A stretch of DNA of 64,000 nucleotides, taken from an uncultured Chitinophaga sp. Lineage in GTDB: Bacteria; Bacteroidota; Bacteroidia; UBA7662. The DNA lies in the NCBI GenBank assembly GCA_964577055.1, contig CAZNWC010000005.1, positions 50,924 through 114,923 on the forward strand. Direction: 5' to 3'. The notes beneath the pieces are model-generated. The model did not search any database, was not told where the DNA came from, and was given only the letters and a program-made list of their open reading frames with translations. Position numbers and translations under genes: made by a program. This document shows, piece after piece, positions 36,286 to 46,499 of the stretch. Numbering within the stretch: position 1 is the first letter of the stretch; each line of letters begins with the position of its first letter.

Positions 36286-37560
36286 TTAGCGCAAACTTAG
36301 TTTTCTGCCGCTGTCTAATCGAATCAATATACCGATGAGAATTGTGAAGGACCAAAGCGATGATCCTCCATAGCTAATAAAGGGCAACGGAATTCCAATC
36401 ACCGGTAGCAGTCCTATGGTCATGCCTATATTGATGAAAACATGAAAAAAAAGTATGGAGGCAACCCCATATGCATACACCCGCGCAAAACGCGTTGTTT
36501 GTCGCTCTGCTATTTCCAATATTCGAAAGAGCAAAAAGCCATACAGTAGCAAAAGCAGGAGTGATCCCCAAAAGCCATATTCTTCTCCAATGGTGCAGAA
36601 GATAAAATCAGTACTCTGTTCAGGTACAAAGTCAAATTTCGTTTGTGTGCCTTGCAAAAACCCTTTCCCCCAAAATCCGCCTGAGCCAATAGCAATCAGG
36701 GATTGGTGAACATTGTAACCAGCACCTTTGAAGTCTTCAACCTTTCCCAACAGCACATTAATCCTTTGCCGCTGGTGCTCTTCCAATATTTCTTCAAAAG
36801 CATAATTCACAGAGAAAATAAGAATGACAGCGGGAATGACTACCAATAAGGCTCGCTGAATCGCCGGACGGGTTTTTCTCGCGAGTACGACGTACAAAGT
36901 TGCAGTAGAAACCACTGTAATGGCCATGGCCCACTCGTTGAAAAGCAAGGTCATGACTACTAAAAACACCGAAAGTGCTACTGCCAACAAATAAATAAAT
37001 GATAACCCCTCACGGTAGGCTACAAAGATGAATGAGAAATACACCAACGCGCTACCCGTATCGTGTTGCAACATGATGATGGCAATTGGCACCAGAATGA
37101 TGGCAGCCAAGATAATTTTGGCCTTGTTTTTTTGAAGGGTTACATCTGTATTGCTGAAATAATAAGCCACCATCATTGCGGTAGCTAGTTTCATGAATTC
37201 AGCAGGTTGAAGCCTGAAACTGCCGATCTCAAACCATGCCCGAGCACCATTGACTTCTCTTGCAAAAAAGATTACAGCAATGCCCAACAAAAGCGTAATG
37301 ATGTAAGCGAATGGCGCTACTCCTTCATAAATGCGGAAATCTAGCGCTAAAATGATGGTCAAAAGCAAATAGCTACTGCCAATGAACACCAATTGTTTGC
37401 CGTAATTTTGGCTTAGGTCAAAAATACTGCGATGTTCTTCGTTGTAAACAGCAGAATAAATAGCAAGCCAACCAATCAATGTGAGCACTACATATACAAT
37501 CAACAACGGTTTGTCGATGTATTGAAAGATGTTGCGTTCAGCCCTCGAAGTGGTTTTCAT
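36286..37560 (-). CDS. rodA: Rod shape-determining protein RodA (SEDS family)
   Basis: About 10 TM helices, with GAGYNVHQSLIAIGSGGFWGKG and TDFIFCTIGEEYGF SEDS motifs. Last gene of the mre/mrd cluster. Confidence 0.9.
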   Translation of the reverse strand: MKTTSRAERNIFQYIDKPLLIVYVVLTLIGWLAIYSAVYNEEHRSIFDLSQNYGKQLVFIGSSYLLLTIILALDFRIYEGVAPFAYIITLLLGIAVIFFAREVNGARAWFEIGSFRLQPAEFMKLATAMMVAYYFSNTDVTLQKNKAKIILAAIILVPIAIIMLQHDTGSALVYFSFIFVAYREGLSFIYLLAVALSVFLVVMTLLFNEWAMAITVVSTATLYVVLARKTRPAIQRALLVVIPAVILIFSVNYAFEEILEEHQRQRINVLLGKVEDFKGAGYNVHQSLIAIGSGGFWGKGFLQGTQTKFDFVPEQSTDFIFCTIGEEYGFWGSLLLLLLYGFLLFRILEIAERQTTRFARVYAYGVASILFFHVFINIGMTIGLLPVIGIPLPFISYGGSSLWSFTILIGILIRLDSGRKLSLR

Positions 37561-39368
37561 GGGATTTTGGCTTCTAAAATACGTTTTTCCAATTCAGGTC
37601 TTTTGGTCCCGCCCAAAAGGTATTTTTCAATCATCAAACTGGCAATAGGAGCCGCCCATACTCCTCCAAAGCCTGCATTTTCTACAATTACAGCCATGGC
37701 AATTTTCGGATTATCACGCGGAGCGAAACACACAAAAACCGCATGGTCTTGGCCATGGGGATTTTGGGCTGTTCCTGTTTTGCCGCAAATCACAACGCTG
37801 TCGAGTTTTCCATAGGTTCGAGCGGTGCCCGCATCAACTACTTTTTGCATCGCTTCTATCACTACATCGAAGTATTGCGATTGGATTCCAACTTGTTTTT
37901 TTTCAGTATAATCCGCTGAAGGGCGCAGGGAATCACCTATGCCTTTCACAAAATGTGGAGGATAATACCACCCTTTATTGCCAATGATGGCCATGATATT
38001 GGCCATTTGCAAAGGAGTCATACCTACTTCACCCTGACCAATCGATAAGGAGATGATGGTATTGGCGCGCCAGCGATTTTGTCCGTGGATTCGGTCGTAG
38101 TAAGCAACACTCGGAAGAATTCCTTTCACCTCATTCGGAATGTCGATACCCGTGAGTACGCCAACACCAAAACGGTTCATAAAGCCTTTCCAAATTTCAT
38201 ATCCTTCACGAGGAGAATTGCCTCCATTGTGGTCAATCATATTTTTGAAAGCCCAACAATAGTATGGATTACAGGAGAATTGTACCGATTCTTCCAGATT
38301 CAAGGCTACGTGTACGTGGGTACATTTCACGGTATGAGAACCCATGCGATAACCGCCTCCACAAGGATACCTTGTTTCAGGTTTGAGAATGCCCAATTCC
38401 TGTCCAATCAGGGCCTGCACGGGTTTGAAAATAGAACCAGGCGGATATTGAGCTTGCAATGGGCGGTTAAACAAGGGCTTCAAGGGGTCGTTCACCAGGT
38501 TACGATAGTTCTTCCCGCGAACGCTTCCAACAAGCAGGTTTGGGTCGTAATAAGGTGAACTGACGAAGGCCAAAATTTCACCCGTCGCAGGTTCAATGGC
38601 CACAACGGATCCTTTTTTATTCGCCAAGAGTTGCTCGCCATATAGCTGTAATTGTGCATCGAGGGAGAGTTGTAAAACTTCACCTGAAATGGCCATGCTA
38701 TCGAAAAGTCCATCTTTATAGCTTCCTACTACCCTGTTGTGTACGTCTACATACTGATATTTTACCCCGCGCTTGCCTCGCAGAATTTCTTCATACGAAA
38801 GCTCTATGCCGGCAATTCCAATGTAGTCGCCTGTTTGGTAGTAGCCATTGGAACGCTCAATGTGTTTGTCGTTTACCTCGCCAATATACCCTAAAACATG
38901 TGCCGCGCTGCCCAGTGGGTAGGTGCGTACTGTCCTCGATTCGGGGTAAAAGCCTGGGAATTCATGCAGTCTTTCCTGAATGGCAGCAAATTCCTCGACG
39001 CTGATTTGTGATTGAAATAGAGATGCCTTGTAGCGTGAGTACTTCCGTGCTTTTTCTAGCCTTTCCTCAAACGTTTCGCGCGAAATGCCCAACATTTGGC
39101 ATAATGACAAGGTGTCCATCTCTGCTACAACTTGTTTTGGGATGACCATCAAATCGTAGATCGGCCTGTTTACCACAATTCGCTCTCCATTTCGGTCCAT
39201 GATTACACCTCTTGCCGGATACACCGTCACCTTTCTGATGGCATTTTGAGTGGCCCAAAGGGTATAAGAATCATTGATGACTTGAATGTAGAACAAACGG
39301 GCAATGTAAAGCATGAAAATGCCAAGCATGATCAGCAGAATAACCCGTTGTTGGCCGGTATTTCTCAT
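37557..39368 (-). CDS. mrdA: Penicillin-binding protein 2 (elongasome transpeptidase)
   Basis: Active-site GSIFKP (SxxK) and GKTGTAQ (KTG). ATGA overlaps with both mreD and rodA. Confidence 0.9.
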   Translation of the reverse strand: MRNTGQQRVILLIMLGIFMLYIARLFYIQVINDSYTLWATQNAIRKVTVYPARGVIMDRNGERIVVNRPIYDLMVIPKQVVAEMDTLSLCQMLGISRETFEERLEKARKYSRYKASLFQSQISVEEFAAIQERLHEFPGFYPESRTVRTYPLGSAAHVLGYIGEVNDKHIERSNGYYQTGDYIGIAGIELSYEEILRGKRGVKYQYVDVHNRVVGSYKDGLFDSMAISGEVLQLSLDAQLQLYGEQLLANKKGSVVAIEPATGEILAFVSSPYYDPNLLVGSVRGKNYRNLVNDPLKPLFNRPLQAQYPPGSIFKPVQALIGQELGILKPETRYPCGGGYRMGSHTVKCTHVHVALNLEESVQFSCNPYYCWAFKNMIDHNGGNSPREGYEIWKGFMNRFGVGVLTGIDIPNEVKGILPSVAYYDRIHGQNRWRANTIISLSIGQGEVGMTPLQMANIMAIIGNKGWYYPPHFVKGIGDSLRPSADYTEKKQVGIQSQYFDVVIEAMQKVVDAGTARTYGKLDSVVICGKTGTAQNPHGQDHAVFVCFAPRDNPKIAMAVIVENAGFGGVWAAPIASLMIEKYLLGGTKRPELEKRILEAKIP

Positions 39369-39883
39369 GATTTTAGGCTCGAGCTGAAATCAAAATAACG
39401 AAACGATAAAATCATTCCTAACGAGAAAAAGCCATTTACCAACGTTTTTCCCAATATGAGGCCCGTTTCGAACCAAGTCATAGACTCGAACAAGTAGAGT
39501 GTAAAATGGTGCACCACAACCAGAAATGCTGCGTAAGTAAGGAATTGACTGAATTCAATATCTCGCAAGCGAATGTTTTGCAAATCGTCATAGTTACTTC
39601 TGGGGATAGCCACTTTGATCCACCAAGGGCGTATAAAGGCCATTAAGGTAGCCGCAGCGGCATGCAAGCCTCCGGTATTGCTAAAAATATCGATGGTAAG
39701 GCCGGTGAGAAACGCAAAAATCAATAGAAAAGAACGAGGAGCACCAATTGGAATGACGAGAATGACAAATACATAAACAAAAGGGTTCAAAACACCCAAA
39801 AATTGTATGTTATTGAAGATGGCCAACTGAAGTATGACAATCAGTATCCATCTGAGCACATGTTTAATCAAATCACTCATCAT
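39365..39883 (-). CDS. mreD: Rod shape-determining protein MreD
   Basis: 172-aa polytopic membrane protein between mreC and mrdA. Confidence 0.75.
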   Translation of the reverse strand: MMSDLIKHVLRWILIVILQLAIFNNIQFLGVLNPFVYVFVILVIPIGAPRSFLLIFAFLTGLTIDIFSNTGGLHAAAATLMAFIRPWWIKVAIPRSNYDDLQNIRLRDIEFSQFLTYAAFLVVVHHFTLYLFESMTWFETGLILGKTLVNGFFSLGMILSFRYFDFSSSLKS

Positions 39884-40709
39884 AGTTTAACCTGCTTTCT
39901 ATGCTGTCTCGTTCAGTTTGCAGGCTGTTTTCTACAACCTGTACGAATGTTAAACGCTTGAAATCTGTACCCAAGAGAAGGGTGATGTCATAGGTGCTGG
40001 CTCCTTCGGGTTTGCTGATTTTTTGAATTTTTCCGATGAAGATGTTTTCTGGAAAAATATTGGAATACTGACTTGTCAAGATAGAATCGCCTTTTTTCAA
40101 CGATACGTGAACCGGTATTTCAATCAGTTTTGCAGTTCGATAATTCCCGCCCTCCCAAATAACTGTGCCCGTGGTATTGCTCTTTGCGTGTTTTGCACTG
40201 ATGCGTGCATTTTTGTTGAGTACGCTGATCACGGTACTATAGTGTGGCGAAACATCCTTCACGATACCTACCACACCTTGTTTGCTGATAACAGCCATCC
40301 GTGGCTTGATTCCTTGGTTACTTCCTTTACCCAGCGTTAAATAATTGCTCCGAAAAGCGGTTGTCAAATTGATAACTCGAGCTTCTTGGAAAGTATAGTA
40401 AGGAAGGCTTGACGTACTATCATGCTCGTTCCATACTGCCGTGTTTGAATTGCTGCTGACGAGCGTCAGGGCCTGCTTCAATTGGGCGTTTTCAGCTGCG
40501 AGACTATCGTTTACCGATTTAAGTTTGAAAAAATAGCGAATATCAGCCAGCTGAGCATAAAAAGCGCCACTCATCCGATTGCTGCTGTTGAAAAATGCCG
40601 CCTCGTGAAAAGCGTTGTTTGACACAGTTAAGCCTACCGCAATGGCCTCGAGCAGCACAAACAAAAAAACAAGACGCAGCTTGTATAAAAAGCGAATGAT
40701 TGTGCCCAT
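39873..40709 (-). CDS. mreC: Rod shape-determining protein MreC
   Basis: N-terminal TM, coiled-coil (AENAQLKQAL), and beta-rich C-terminal domains. Immediately downstream of mreB. Confidence 0.8.
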   Translation of the reverse strand: MGTIIRFLYKLRLVFLFVLLEAIAVGLTVSNNAFHEAAFFNSSNRMSGAFYAQLADIRYFFKLKSVNDSLAAENAQLKQALTLVSSNSNTAVWNEHDSTSSLPYYTFQEARVINLTTAFRSNYLTLGKGSNQGIKPRMAVISKQGVVGIVKDVSPHYSTVISVLNKNARISAKHAKSNTTGTVIWEGGNYRTAKLIEIPVHVSLKKGDSILTSQYSNIFPENIFIGKIQKISKPEGASTYDITLLLGTDFKRLTFVQVVENSLQTERDSIESRLNYDE

Positions 40710-40719
40710 AGCGGAGCGG

Positions 40720-41742
40720 TCAGGTCATCAAGAAGTTAAACCTGTCGATATTTTTGAGCGCAATGCCAGTACCCCGTACCACTGCCCGAAGGGGGTCTTC
40801 GGCAATGTGCACTTTCAGCTTCGTCTTTTGACTAATTCTTTTGTCCAAACCCCTGATCAATGCACCACCACCTGTTAGGTAAATGCCTGTTTCGTGGATA
40901 TCCGACGCCAATTCGGGAGGCGTGATTTCAAGTGCTTTTAGAATGGCGCCTTCTACCTTTGAAATGGATTTATCCAAAGCATGGGCGATTTCCGTGTAAC
41001 TTACGGTAATTTGTTTGGGTATACCTGTCATCAAATCACGTCCACTGACTGTAATATCGGCAGGTGGCTCATCCAATTCTGGTAAAGCAGAGCCCACTTG
41101 AATTTTAATATTTTCGGCAGTGCGTTCACCAATGAGCATGTTGTGCTGTCGGCGAATGTACTCCAATACATCAGCTGTAAATTGGTCTCCCGCAACCCTG
41201 ATAGATTGATCACACACGATGCCAGCAAGAGCAATTACCGCAATTTCCGATGTTCCACCTCCGATGTCAATAATCATATTGCCCTTGGGTTCTTCCACGT
41301 CTATACCTATCCCGATGGCAGCTGCCATGGGCTCATGGATGAGGTACACTTCTTTGGCACCAGCATGTTCAGCGGAGTCGCGAACGGCTCTTTTTTCAAC
41401 CTCCGTTATGCCCGAAGGGATACAAATCACCATGCGAAGAGAAGGGGCAATGAGCCGTTTTTTGGGATTGATCATGTCAATCATCCCACGAATCATATTT
41501 TCAGCTGCATGAAAATCGGCAATTACGCCATCCTTCAAAGGGCGAATTGTTTTGATGTTTTCATGCGTCTTGCCGTGCATTTGCTGCGCTTGTTTACCAA
41601 TGGCCAATACCTTACTCGTGGTACGGTCAATGGCAACAATGGATGGCTCGTCTACCACTATCTTGTCCTTGAAAATGATCAGCGTGTTCGCCGTTCCAAG
41701 GTCTATGGCTATCTCTTGTGTGAAAAAATCGAATAATCCCAT
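40720..41742 (-). CDS. mreB: Rod shape-determining protein MreB
   Basis: Actin-fold motifs IAIDLGTANT, MIIDIGGGTSEIAV and IYLTGGGALIRGLD. Confidence 0.95.
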   Translation of the reverse strand: MGLFDFFTQEIAIDLGTANTLIIFKDKIVVDEPSIVAIDRTTSKVLAIGKQAQQMHGKTHENIKTIRPLKDGVIADFHAAENMIRGMIDMINPKKRLIAPSLRMVICIPSGITEVEKRAVRDSAEHAGAKEVYLIHEPMAAAIGIGIDVEEPKGNMIIDIGGGTSEIAVIALAGIVCDQSIRVAGDQFTADVLEYIRRQHNMLIGERTAENIKIQVGSALPELDEPPADITVSGRDLMTGIPKQITVSYTEIAHALDKSISKVEGAILKALEITPPELASDIHETGIYLTGGGALIRGLDKRISQKTKLKVHIAEDPLRAVVRGTGIALKNIDRFNFLMT

Positions 41743-41762
41743 GTATTAAATCGGTATACCGA

Positions 41763-41770
41763 CAAATTTA
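41763..41770 (-). promoter_or_regulatory. Candidate -7 promoter element for mreB
   Basis: The minus strand reads TAAATTTG (TAnnTTTG), 20 nt upstream of the mreB ATG, overlapping the purH stop codon. Confidence 0.3.
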
Positions 41771-43291
41771 ATGTTTAAAATGACGTATGCCAGTGAAGAC
41801 CATTGACATTCCGTGTGAATTGCAAAAATCAATGCTGTCTTGATCTTTAATGCTGCCGCCTGGCTGTATTACAGCACGAATTCCTTCGTTGTATGCTATT
41901 TCAACGCTATCAGCAAAAGGGAAGAAGGCATCACTCGCCAAGACTGCACCATGCACATCAAAGTTAAAGCTTCTTGCCTTGTGAACCGCTTGCTTCATGG
42001 CATCAATTCTCGAAGTTTGACCTGTTCCGCTTCCAATGAGTTGTTTGTTTTTGGCCAAAACAATCGCATTGCTCTTGGTATGCTTCACCACTTTGGCAGC
42101 GAAAATCATGTCTTCAATTTCTGGGTCTGTAGGCCGCTTTTCAGTAACTACGGTAATATTCGACTTGCTGTCAACGAAGGTGTCTTTGTCCTGTACCAAA
42201 ACGCCATTCAGGATTGATCGGGCATGTACAGCATTTTCAATCCCTTTTTTCATTTTAACCAATATGCGATTTTTTTTCTTTTTCAAAAGCTCTAGTGCGT
42301 CGGCCGCGTAATCTGGAGCGATGAGCACCTCGTAAAAAATTTGGTCAATTTCTTGGGCGGTGGCCACATCTATGGGTTCATTACACATCAGAATACCACC
42401 AAATGCTGACACAGGATCACCTGCCAATGCAGCATGCCATGCTTCCAAGACGCTCGGACGTGAGGCCAAACCACATGCATTATTGTGTTTGATGATGGCA
42501 AAAGTAGGTTCGTCGAAGTCGGCCAATAGGGTTACTGCGGCTTCAACATCCAAAAGATTGTTGTAGCTCAGTTGCTTGCCATTCAAAATCTCGAATACGT
42601 CATGAAGCTTTCCGTAAAAAAAGCCTTTTTGGTGAGGATTTTCGCCATAACGCAAAGGACTAGCATCGTTGCTTACCAAACGCAAAGCAGGCAGCTTCTC
42701 GTCAACATTGAAGTAATTGAAGATCTGGCTGTCATAATAGCTGCTCACAGCAAAAGCTTCGGTGGCATAGGTAATGCGCTCTTCAAGAGAAGTACCCTTG
42801 TTTGCTGCTAATTGTTCAATGAGACGAGCATATTGGTTTTTAGATGATAGAATTACTACCTCTTTGTGATTTTTAGCCCCGGCTCTGATAAGCGAAATGC
42901 CGCCGATGTCAATTTTTTCAATGATGTCAGCTTTAGATGCACCTGAAGCAACTGTCTCTTCGAACGGATACAGGTGAACAATAACCAAGTCAATGGTTGG
43001 AATGTCGTAGGTCGCTAAATCATTGATGTCATTCATTTCCTCTCGCCTGGCCAAAATGCCTCCAAAAACCTTCGGATGCAGGGTTTTTACCCGACCTCCC
43101 AAAATGGAAGCATAACCGGTAAGGCCCTCAACTGTGTGCACTGGAATACCAAGCGACTCGATGAATTGTTGGGTACCGCCCGTTGAATAAATGCTCACTC
43201 CATTCGCATGGAGTGCCTTGATAACGGGTTCTAGGCCGTCTTTGTAATAAACCGAAATGAGGGCCGATTTGATGGGGCGAATGTCGTTCAT
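41768..43291 (-). CDS. purH: Bifunctional AICAR formyltransferase / IMP cyclohydrolase
   Basis: MGS-like N-terminus (ALISVYYKDGLE..., STGGT) and the AICARFT domain (KHNNACG, GGSIKDQ). Confidence 0.93.
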   Translation of the reverse strand: MNDIRPIKSALISVYYKDGLEPVIKALHANGVSIYSTGGTQQFIESLGIPVHTVEGLTGYASILGGRVKTLHPKVFGGILARREEMNDINDLATYDIPTIDLVIVHLYPFEETVASGASKADIIEKIDIGGISLIRAGAKNHKEVVILSSKNQYARLIEQLAANKGTSLEERITYATEAFAVSSYYDSQIFNYFNVDEKLPALRLVSNDASPLRYGENPHQKGFFYGKLHDVFEILNGKQLSYNNLLDVEAAVTLLADFDEPTFAIIKHNNACGLASRPSVLEAWHAALAGDPVSAFGGILMCNEPIDVATAQEIDQIFYEVLIAPDYAADALELLKKKKNRILVKMKKGIENAVHARSILNGVLVQDKDTFVDSKSNITVVTEKRPTDPEIEDMIFAAKVVKHTKSNAIVLAKNKQLIGSGTGQTSRIDAMKQAVHKARSFNFDVHGAVLASDAFFPFADSVEIAYNEGIRAVIQPGGSIKDQDSIDFCNSHGMSMVFTGIRHFKH

Positions 43292-43362
43292 GAGAAGTTC
43301 AAAGTGCGAAGGTGCAAAGGTAGGAAATCGTCCTTATATTGAGTGGAGTAATCCAATTGCCC

Positions 43363-44547
43363 ATGACAAAATTATCGCTGTTTACGAGTCTGTTACTTTG
43401 TTTTTCTTGCTGTGCTCAAGCCCAAAAGAGCTCGTTGGAAGAATATTTGCTCAGGCTGAGGAAGCAGGTCCCTGAAGAAGTAAAGGTTTTGCAGCTTTCA
43501 GGCATGGAATTGAGCTATTTCCCCCAAGAACTTTGCATCTATACAGCGGTAGAGGAGATATACCTTGATAAAAATTTGTTCGTTGAAATCCCAGTAGAAA
43601 TAAGTGTTTTCGCACACCTGCGAAAGCTTACGATCAGGCAAAACGTGCTGCGGGGAACGGTACTGAACCTCAGCAGGTGGAAGGAGCTAAAATATTTTGA
43701 TGCGGGGCTGAATCGATTGGGGCCAAAGCTTACAATCAGATGTGCAAGAAAAATGGAAAGAGTAGTGTTAGATGGGATGGGACTAAAGAGCGTGTACTTC
43801 AAGGGAAAACAGCCAAGTAAGTTAGATTTGTCAGGAAATCGCCTTGAAGCCTTGCAACAGACATTTTGGCGCAAGTCGCACTTGGAAGTTTTGGTTTTGC
43901 ATAGCAACGCCCTTCAAAGGCTCCCAAATGGCGTGAAAAGAAACAGGAAATTGAAAAAGTTGGTCTTGGGCAACAATGATTTTGAAGAAATACCCGAGGA
44001 ACTAAAGCGTTTGCGTAGTTTGGAAAGCTTGATGTTTTACAAAAACAGGCTTACCGCCTTACCGCCCTTTGTATGGGAAATGAAACAACTCACTGAAATT
44101 GATATCCACCACAACAAAGTATTGGTTTTAGATAGCGGAATCGGTAACCTTGTCAACCTCACTGAACTATATGCAGCCAACAATTGCCTATTGTCTTTGC
44201 CCCCTGAAATAGGACAATTGAGAAACCTACGTTACTTATACATCGAAAAAAACGAATTATCTGCACTTCCCAATTCTATCACAGAATTACATCAATTGGA
44301 ACGACTAAGCTTACTTGGGAACCGATTTTTTATATATCCTGCACCTCTGATCAGGATGCATTGGATTGAAGAGTTAGATATATCTGAAAACGATATTGAA
44401 CAATTCCCCGATGATTTTGGAGCATGGCCAAGGTTGCGATTGCTGCTGTTACACGAAAATGCTTGCAAAGAGGGGATGTCTTGCATGTTTGGATTGGAGA
44501 GCCTGGCAGATCAGTTACAAGAAAAGGAAGTCCGACTTGGTTATTAA
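43363..44547 (+). CDS. Secreted leucine-rich-repeat (LRR) protein
   Basis: Signal peptide MTKLSLFTSLLLCFSCCAQA, then about 14 tandem 23-residue LxxLxLxxNxL repeats (e.g. LTELYAANNCLLSLPPEIGQLRNLRYLYIEKNELSALP). Confidence 0.8.
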   Translation: MTKLSLFTSLLLCFSCCAQAQKSSLEEYLLRLRKQVPEEVKVLQLSGMELSYFPQELCIYTAVEEIYLDKNLFVEIPVEISVFAHLRKLTIRQNVLRGTVLNLSRWKELKYFDAGLNRLGPKLTIRCARKMERVVLDGMGLKSVYFKGKQPSKLDLSGNRLEALQQTFWRKSHLEVLVLHSNALQRLPNGVKRNRKLKKLVLGNNDFEEIPEELKRLRSLESLMFYKNRLTALPPFVWEMKQLTEIDIHHNKVLVLDSGIGNLVNLTELYAANNCLLSLPPEIGQLRNLRYLYIEKNELSALPNSITELHQLERLSLLGNRFFIYPAPLIRMHWIEELDISENDIEQFPDDFGAWPRLRLLLLHENACKEGMSCMFGLESLADQLQEKEVRLGY

Positions 44548-44550
44548 TGA

Positions 44551-44575
44551 AAAAAGGGGCATTTGCCCCTTTTTA
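44551..44575. terminator. Bidirectional intrinsic terminator
   Basis: aaaaaggggca-tt-tgccccttttt between the LRR gene and htpG. The T-run overlaps the htpG stop codon. Confidence 0.8.
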
Positions 44576-46384
44576 GCTTAGTTGAATGCTTCGTTCAATG
44601 AAAGCAGTGAGTGCTTCTCCCTTCAGCATGCCTTGCGACAATAAGGCCAAATCAAATGCCTGCTGACCCAATTGGAGTTTTTTGGCCTCATCGGCCTCAG
44701 CCATTTTTTGCAAGTAAGGATGGGAGGTATTCACCACCAATTGCTTGGGTTCTTGCATCGTTCCGCCAAACATACTGCCACCACCTGTTGCTGCCATTTC
44801 ATTCATGCGTCGGATAAATTCTGAACGAGTAATGACCACAGGTTGATCATCGGGTGACAATGGAGTTGCACTAACGGTAAAGCTGGCGTCCTTGGAGAGC
44901 TCTTCAAAAACCGAAACAACTTGTTTTTCTTGTTCTGATGTCAGGAGCGAATGACGGGTTTCATCTTTTTCAATTAGTTTATCAATGGTGTCGGCATCCA
45001 CACGTTTGAACTGAACTTTATCAAGTTTACTTTCCAAAAAGCCAACAAAATGACTGTCAATTACGCTTCCTAAATGAAGTACATCATAATTCCGCTTTTT
45101 GGCGGCATTAACAAAAGCATGTTGGGCTTCAGGATCGCTGGTGTACAGTACTATGAGTTGATCACTTTTGTCGGTTTGCATGGGTCTTGTTCGCTCCGCA
45201 AACAACTCCCATGTTTGCAATTGACCATCCGTATTTTTATACAGGCAGAACGACTGGGCTTTCTCGTAAAATTTCTCATCGCTCAGCATGCCGTATTTTA
45301 CAAACAGATCTAAATTGTCCCATTTGCTTTCAAATTCTTCCCTGCTGTTTTTAAACAGTTCAAGTAGCTTATCAGCCACTTTTTTGCTGATATGGGTATT
45401 GATTTTTTTTACGTTGGCGTCTGTTTGCAGAAATGAGCGTGAAACATTCAGCGGAATATCTGGAGAGTCAATTACCCCGTGCAGAAGTCTGAGATAATCT
45501 GGCACAATGTCTTCTACAGCGTCTGTAATGAACACTTGGCGACTATACAGCTGTATTTTGTTTTTATTTGGTTCAAAATCAGCCTTTAACTTCGGGAAAA
45601 AGAGAACGCCGGTGAGATTAAAAGGGTAGTCAACATTTAGATGTATCCAAAAAAGTGGCTTTTCGGCCATGGGGTAGAGGTCCTCGTAAAATTTTTGGTA
45701 ATCTTCATCCGTAAGATCAACGGGTTTTTTGGTCCAAATGGGTTTTGTTTCGTTGATGATCTCCCCTTCAAATTCTATCGGAATAGGCAAGAACTTACAA
45801 TAGCGCTTAAGAATTTCTTTAAGCCTCCAACTGTTTAGAAACTCTTCTGAATCTTCGGCTACATTGAGGATAATATCGGTGCCTCTTTCGGTACGAATGC
45901 CTGGTCCAATTTCAAAGCTGGTGCTGCCATCACAAATCCAATGTGCTGCATCAGTGTCGGGCTTGTAGGAAAGCGATTGAATTTCTACGGTTCTGGAAAC
46001 CATGAAGGCAGAGTAAAATCCCAAACCAAAAGCACCAATCATGTTGTTTAGGTCGGCCTTATCCTTGTACTTTTCTACGAACTCGGTAGCACCAGAAAAA
46101 GCAACCTGATTGATGTATTTTTCCATTTCATCGGCTGAAAGCCCTATTCCCGAATCGCTGATGGTAATGGTTTTGGCATCTTTGTCAAAAGCTACCCGTA
46201 CTTTAAGATCGCCCAATTCGCCTTTAAATTCGCCTATGGAGCTTAACGCAGCTATTTTTTGAGTTGCATCTACCGCATTGCTCACCAATTCGCGCAAGAA
46301 AATTTCATGATTCGAGTAAAGCGACTTTTTAATGATAGGGAAAATGTTTTCGGTGTTTACCGAAATATTACCAGTTCTTTTCAT
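44573..46384 (-). CDS. htpG: Molecular chaperone HtpG (Hsp90)
   Basis: N-terminal ATPase block LYSNHEIFLRELVSNAVDA...GAFGLGFYSAFMV. About 600 aa. Confidence 0.95.
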   Translation of the reverse strand: MKRTGNISVNTENIFPIIKKSLYSNHEIFLRELVSNAVDATQKIAALSSIGEFKGELGDLKVRVAFDKDAKTITISDSGIGLSADEMEKYINQVAFSGATEFVEKYKDKADLNNMIGAFGLGFYSAFMVSRTVEIQSLSYKPDTDAAHWICDGSTSFEIGPGIRTERGTDIILNVAEDSEEFLNSWRLKEILKRYCKFLPIPIEFEGEIINETKPIWTKKPVDLTDEDYQKFYEDLYPMAEKPLFWIHLNVDYPFNLTGVLFFPKLKADFEPNKNKIQLYSRQVFITDAVEDIVPDYLRLLHGVIDSPDIPLNVSRSFLQTDANVKKINTHISKKVADKLLELFKNSREEFESKWDNLDLFVKYGMLSDEKFYEKAQSFCLYKNTDGQLQTWELFAERTRPMQTDKSDQLIVLYTSDPEAQHAFVNAAKKRNYDVLHLGSVIDSHFVGFLESKLDKVQFKRVDADTIDKLIEKDETRHSLLTSEQEKQVVSVFEELSKDASFTVSATPLSPDDQPVVITRSEFIRRMNEMAATGGGSMFGGTMQEPKQLVVNTSHPYLQKMAEADEAKKLQLGQQAFDLALLSQGMLKGEALTAFIERSIQLS

Positions 46385-46499
46385 AGTACATTTTTCTTTA
46401 GCTATTCAAAGGAAGTGCCAGCCCGAAAAAGCTGTCATTTTGACACGCATTCAACCAAGGCAGCGAGCTCACAGGGGTGAAAGTTGATGCAGACGCGTG

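Noticed and set aside
41098-41736. 212-aa plus-strand ORF
   Set aside because: It is antisense to mreB, which is one of the most confident calls in the window.
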